A DNA stretch of 64,000 bases from Eledone cirrhosa. Lineage: Eukaryota. The DNA lies in NCBI GenBank assembly GCA_964016885.1, contig OZ024740.1:38998001-39062000 (forward strand), read 5' to 3'. Positions 60,001 to 64,000 of this stretch are shown piece by piece. The notes beneath the pieces were generated by a model. The model made no database searches and was not told the DNA's origin. It saw only the letters and a list, made by a program, of their open reading frames with translations. How positions within the stretch are numbered: position 1 is the first letter of the stretch; the number at the start of each line of letters is the position of its first letter. A program made the position numbers and the translations under genes.

Positions 60001-63000
60001 TGTAACTATATAGAGTAGTATTGTAACTATATAGAGTAGTATTGTAGCTATATAGTGTAGTATAGTAACTATACAACAGTAGTATTGTAACTATATAACA
60101 GTTGTATTGTAACTATATAACAGTAGTATTGTAACTATATAACAGTAGTATTGTAACTATACAACAGTAGTATAGTAACTATACAACAGTAGTATTGTAA
60201 CTATATAACAGTAGTATTGTAACTATATAACAGTAGTATCGTAACTATATAACAGTAGTATTGTAACTATATAGTGTAGTATTGTAACTATATAACAGTA
60301 GTATTGTAACTATATAACAGTAGTATTGTAACTATATAACAGTAGTATTGTAACTATATAACAGTAGTATTGTAACTATATAGTGTAGTATTGTAACTAT
60401 ATAACAGTAGTATTGTAACTATATATAACAGTAGTATTGTAACTATATAACAGTAGTATTGTAACTATACAACAGTAGTATAGTAACTATACAACAGTAG
60501 TATTGTAACTATATAACAGTAGTATTGTAACTATATAACAGTAGTATTGTAACTATATAACAGTAGTAATGTAACTATATAGTGTAGTATTGTAACTATA
60601 TAGTGTAGTATTGTAACTATATAGTGTAGTATTGTAACTATATAACAGTAGTATTGTAACTACATAACAGTAGTATTGTAACTATATAGTGTAGTATTGT
60701 AACTATATAACAGTAGTATTGTAACTATATAACAGTAGTATTGTAACTATATAACAGTAGTATTGTAACTATATAACAGTAGTATTGTAACTATATAGAG
60801 TAGTATTGTAGCTATATAGTGTAGTATAGTAACTATATATAACAGTAGTATTGTAACTATATAACAGTATTATTTACCTATATATAATAGTAGTATTGTA
60901 ACTATATAACAGTAGTATTGTAACTATATAACAGTAGTATTGTAACTATATATAACAGTAGTATTGTAACTATATAGTGTAGTATTGTAACTATATAACA
61001 GTAGTATTGTAACTATATAACAGTAGTAATGTAACTATATAACAGAAGCATTGTAAATATATAGTGTAGTATTGTAACTATATAACAGTAGTATTGTAAC
61101 TATATAGCAGTAGTATTTTACTATATAGTAGTATTGTAACTATATATAACAGTAGTATTGTAACTATATAACAGTAGTATTGTAACTATATAACAGTAGT
61201 ATTGAAACTACATAACAGTAGTATTGTAACTATATAACAGTAGTATTGTAACTATATAACAGTAGTATTGTAACTATATAACAGTAGTAATGTAACTATA
61301 TAGCAGTAGTATTTTACTATATAGTAGTATTGTAACTATATATAACAGTAGTATTGTAACTATATAACAGTAGTATTGTAACTATATAACAGTAGTATTG
61401 TAACTATATAGTGTAGTATTGTAACTATATATTGTAGTATTGTAACTATATAGTGTAGTATTGTACCTATATAACAGTAGTATTGTAACTATATAACAGT
61501 AGTATTGTAACTATATATAACATTAGTATTGTAACTATATAACAGTAGTATTGTAACTATATAACAGTAGTATTGTAACTATATAACAGTAGTATTGTAA
61601 TTATATAACAGTAGTATTGTAACTATATAACAGTAGTATTGTAACTATATAGCAGTAGTATTGTAACTATATAGCAGTAGTATTTTACTATATAGTAGTA
61701 GTATTGTAACTATATAGTGTAGCATTGTAACTATATAACAGTAGTATTGTAACTATATAGTATTGTAACTATATAACAGTAGTATTGTTACTATATAACA
61801 GTAGTATTGTAACTATATAGTGTTGTATTGTAACTATATAACAGTAGTATTGTAACTATATAACAGTAGTATTGTAACTATATAACAGTATTATCGTAAC
61901 TATATAACAGTAATATTGTAACTATATAGCAGTAGTATTGTAACTATATTGCAGTAATATTGTAACTATATAACAGTAGTATTGTAACTATATACTGTAG
62001 CATTGTAACTATATAACAGTAGTATTGTAACTATATAACAGTAGTATTGTAACTATATACCAGTAGTATTGTAACTATATAACAGTGGTATTGTAACTAT
62101 AGAACAGTAGTATTGTAACTATATAGTGTAGTATTGTAACTATATAACAGTAGCATTGTACCTATTTAACAGTGGTATTGTAACTATATAACAGTAGTAT
62201 TGTAACTATATAGTGTAGTATTGTAACTATATAACTGTAGTATTGTAACTATACAACAGTAGTATTGAAACTATATAAATAGTATTGTAACTATATAGTG
62301 TAGCATTGTAACTATACAACAGTAGTATGGTAACTATATAACAGTAGTATTGTAACTATATAGTGTAGCATTGTAACTATACAACAGTAGTATGGTAACT
62401 ATATAACAGTAGTATTGTAACTATATAACAGAAGTATTGTAACTATATAACAGTAGTATTGTAACTATATATAACAGTAGTATTGTAACTATATAGTATA
62501 GTATTGTAACTATATAAGAGTAGTATTGTAACTGTACAACAGTAGTATCGTAACTATATATAACAGTAGTATTGTAACTATATAAAACAGTAGTATTGTA
62601 ACTATATAGTGTAGTATTGTAACTATATAACAGTAGTATTGTAACTATATAACAGTAGTATTGTAACTATATAGTGTAGTATTGTAACTATATAACAGTA
62701 GTATTGTAACTATATAACAGTAGTATTGTAACTATATAGTGTAGTATTGTAACTATATAGTGTAGTATTGTAACTATATAGTGTAGTATTGTAACTATAT
62801 AACAGTAGTATTGTAACTATATAACATTAGTATTGTAACTATAAAGTGTAGTATTGTAACTATATAACAGTAGTATTGTAGCTATATAGTGTAGTATTGT
62901 AACTATATAACAGTAGTATTGTAACTATATAACAGTAGTAATGTAACTATATAGTGTAGTATTGTAACTATATGCTGTAGTATTGTAACTATTTAACAGT

Positions 63001-64000
63001 AGTATTTTTACCTATATAAAAGTAGTATTGTAACTATATAAGAGTAGTATTGTAACTATATAGTGTAGTATTGTAACTATTTAACAGTAGTATTGTAACT
63101 ATATAACAGTAGTATTGTAACTATATAACAGTAGTATTGTAACTATATAGTATAGTATTGTAACTATATAACAGTAGTATTGTAACTATATAACAGTAGT
63201 ATTGTAACTATATAACAGTAATATTGTAACTATATATAACATTAGTATTGTAACTAAATAACAGTAGTATTGTTACTATATAACAGTAGTATTGTAACTA
63301 TATAACATTAGTATTGTAACTATATACCAGTAGTATTGTAACTATATAACAGTAGTATTGTAACTATATAACAGTAGTATTGTAACTATATAACAGTAGT
63401 ATTGTAAATATATAGTGTAGTATTGTAACTATATAACAGTAGTATTGTAACTATATAGTCTAGTATTGTAACTATATAACAGTAGTATTGTAACTATATA
63501 AGAGTAGTATTGTAACTATATAGTGTAGTATTGTAACTATATAACAGTAGTATTGTAACTATATAGTGTAGTATTGTAACTATATAACAGTAGTATTGTA
63601 ACTATATAACAGTAGTAATGTAACTATATAGTGTAGTATTGTAACTATATGACAGTAGTATTGAAACTATATAACAGTAGTATTGTAACTCTTTTACAGT
63701 AGTATTGTAACTATATAAAAGTAGTATTGTAACTATATAACAGTAGTATTGTAACTATATAACAGTAGCATTGTAACTATATAACATTAGTATTGTAACT
63801 ATATAGTGTAGTATTGTAACTATATATAACAGTAGTATTGTAACTATACAACAGTAGTATTGTAACTATATAACAGTAGTATTGTAACTATATAACAGTA
63901 GTATTGTAACTATATAACAGTAGTATTGTAACTATACAACAGTAGTATAGTAACTATACAACAGTAGTATTGTAACTATATAACAGTAGTATTGTAACTA
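57020..64000 (+). repeat. Near-perfect duplication, offset 4271 bp (~57020-59729 matches ~61291-64000, continuing off the window)
   Basis: ATACTGTAGC 57721/61992; TTTTACAG 59421/63692; ATGCTG 58701/62972; CAGTGG 57812/62083, all at +4271. Confidence 0.92.

Larger units (their letters stand above)
1..64000 (+). repeat. Tandem satellite DNA array, 22-bp consensus monomer AACTATATAACAGTAGTATTGT with 21-bp variant AACTATATAGTGTAGTATTGT; interrupted only by two 149-bp inserts
   Basis: Seen directly: the monomer repeats head-to-tail from base 1 to 64000 and runs off both window ends. Recurrent variants include ...TATAGCAG..., ...TATTGCAG..., ...TAAAAG..., ...TAAGAG..., +TA 24-mers and short deletion units such as AACTATATAGTATTGT. 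Confidence 0.99.

Noticed and set aside
1-64000. CRISPR array (short conserved repeat with variable intervening bases)
   Set aside because: Monomers are contiguous with no unique spacers, variation is limited to point and indel variants of one 21-22-bp unit, and no cas genes are present.
1-64000. Repetitive protein-coding ORF on either strand
   Set aside because: Each monomer has several TAA/TAG on the + strand and a TAG on the - strand. The 22-bp period rotates these stops through all frames, so no long ORF can persist.
1-64000. Telomeric repeat tract (long-unit yeast type) or plasmid iterons
   Set aside because: The unit lacks a G-rich telomere core. Kb-scale duplicated variant patterns and a SINE insertion indicate recombinational satellite evolution rather than telomerase synthesis, and there is no rep gene or origin context.
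1-64000. Monomer-variant order as an information-bearing code
   Set aside because: The order is adequately explained by mutation plus nested duplication, and nothing in the sequence points to a reader or to selection.

Overview
Almost the whole 64 kb window is one AT-rich tandem satellite array. The consensus monomer is 22 bp (AACTATATAACAGTAGTATTGT, 17/22 A+T), with a frequent 21-bp variant (AACTATATAGTGTAGTATTGT) and many recurrent point and indel variants. All monomers I read are head-to-tail on one strand, roughly 2,900 of them by length divided by about 22. I find no protein-coding gene, rRNA, intact tRNA or CRISPR array. The only non-satellite DNA is two near-identical 149-bp inserts (46963-47111 and 54318-54466). 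They look like a 5'-truncated tRNA-derived SINE with a Pol III B-box and a 13-bp target-site duplication. From memory the body resembles the abundant Octopus SINEs; this is not verified by a search. A matching empty target site survives in the array at about 44105. Rare monomer variants reveal nested multi-kb duplications with offsets of about 8792, 2076, 3000-3200, 2484, 7355, 6911 and 4271 bp, so the array records its own amplification history. This is eukaryotic-type satellite DNA, and I see no evidence of a novel gene system.
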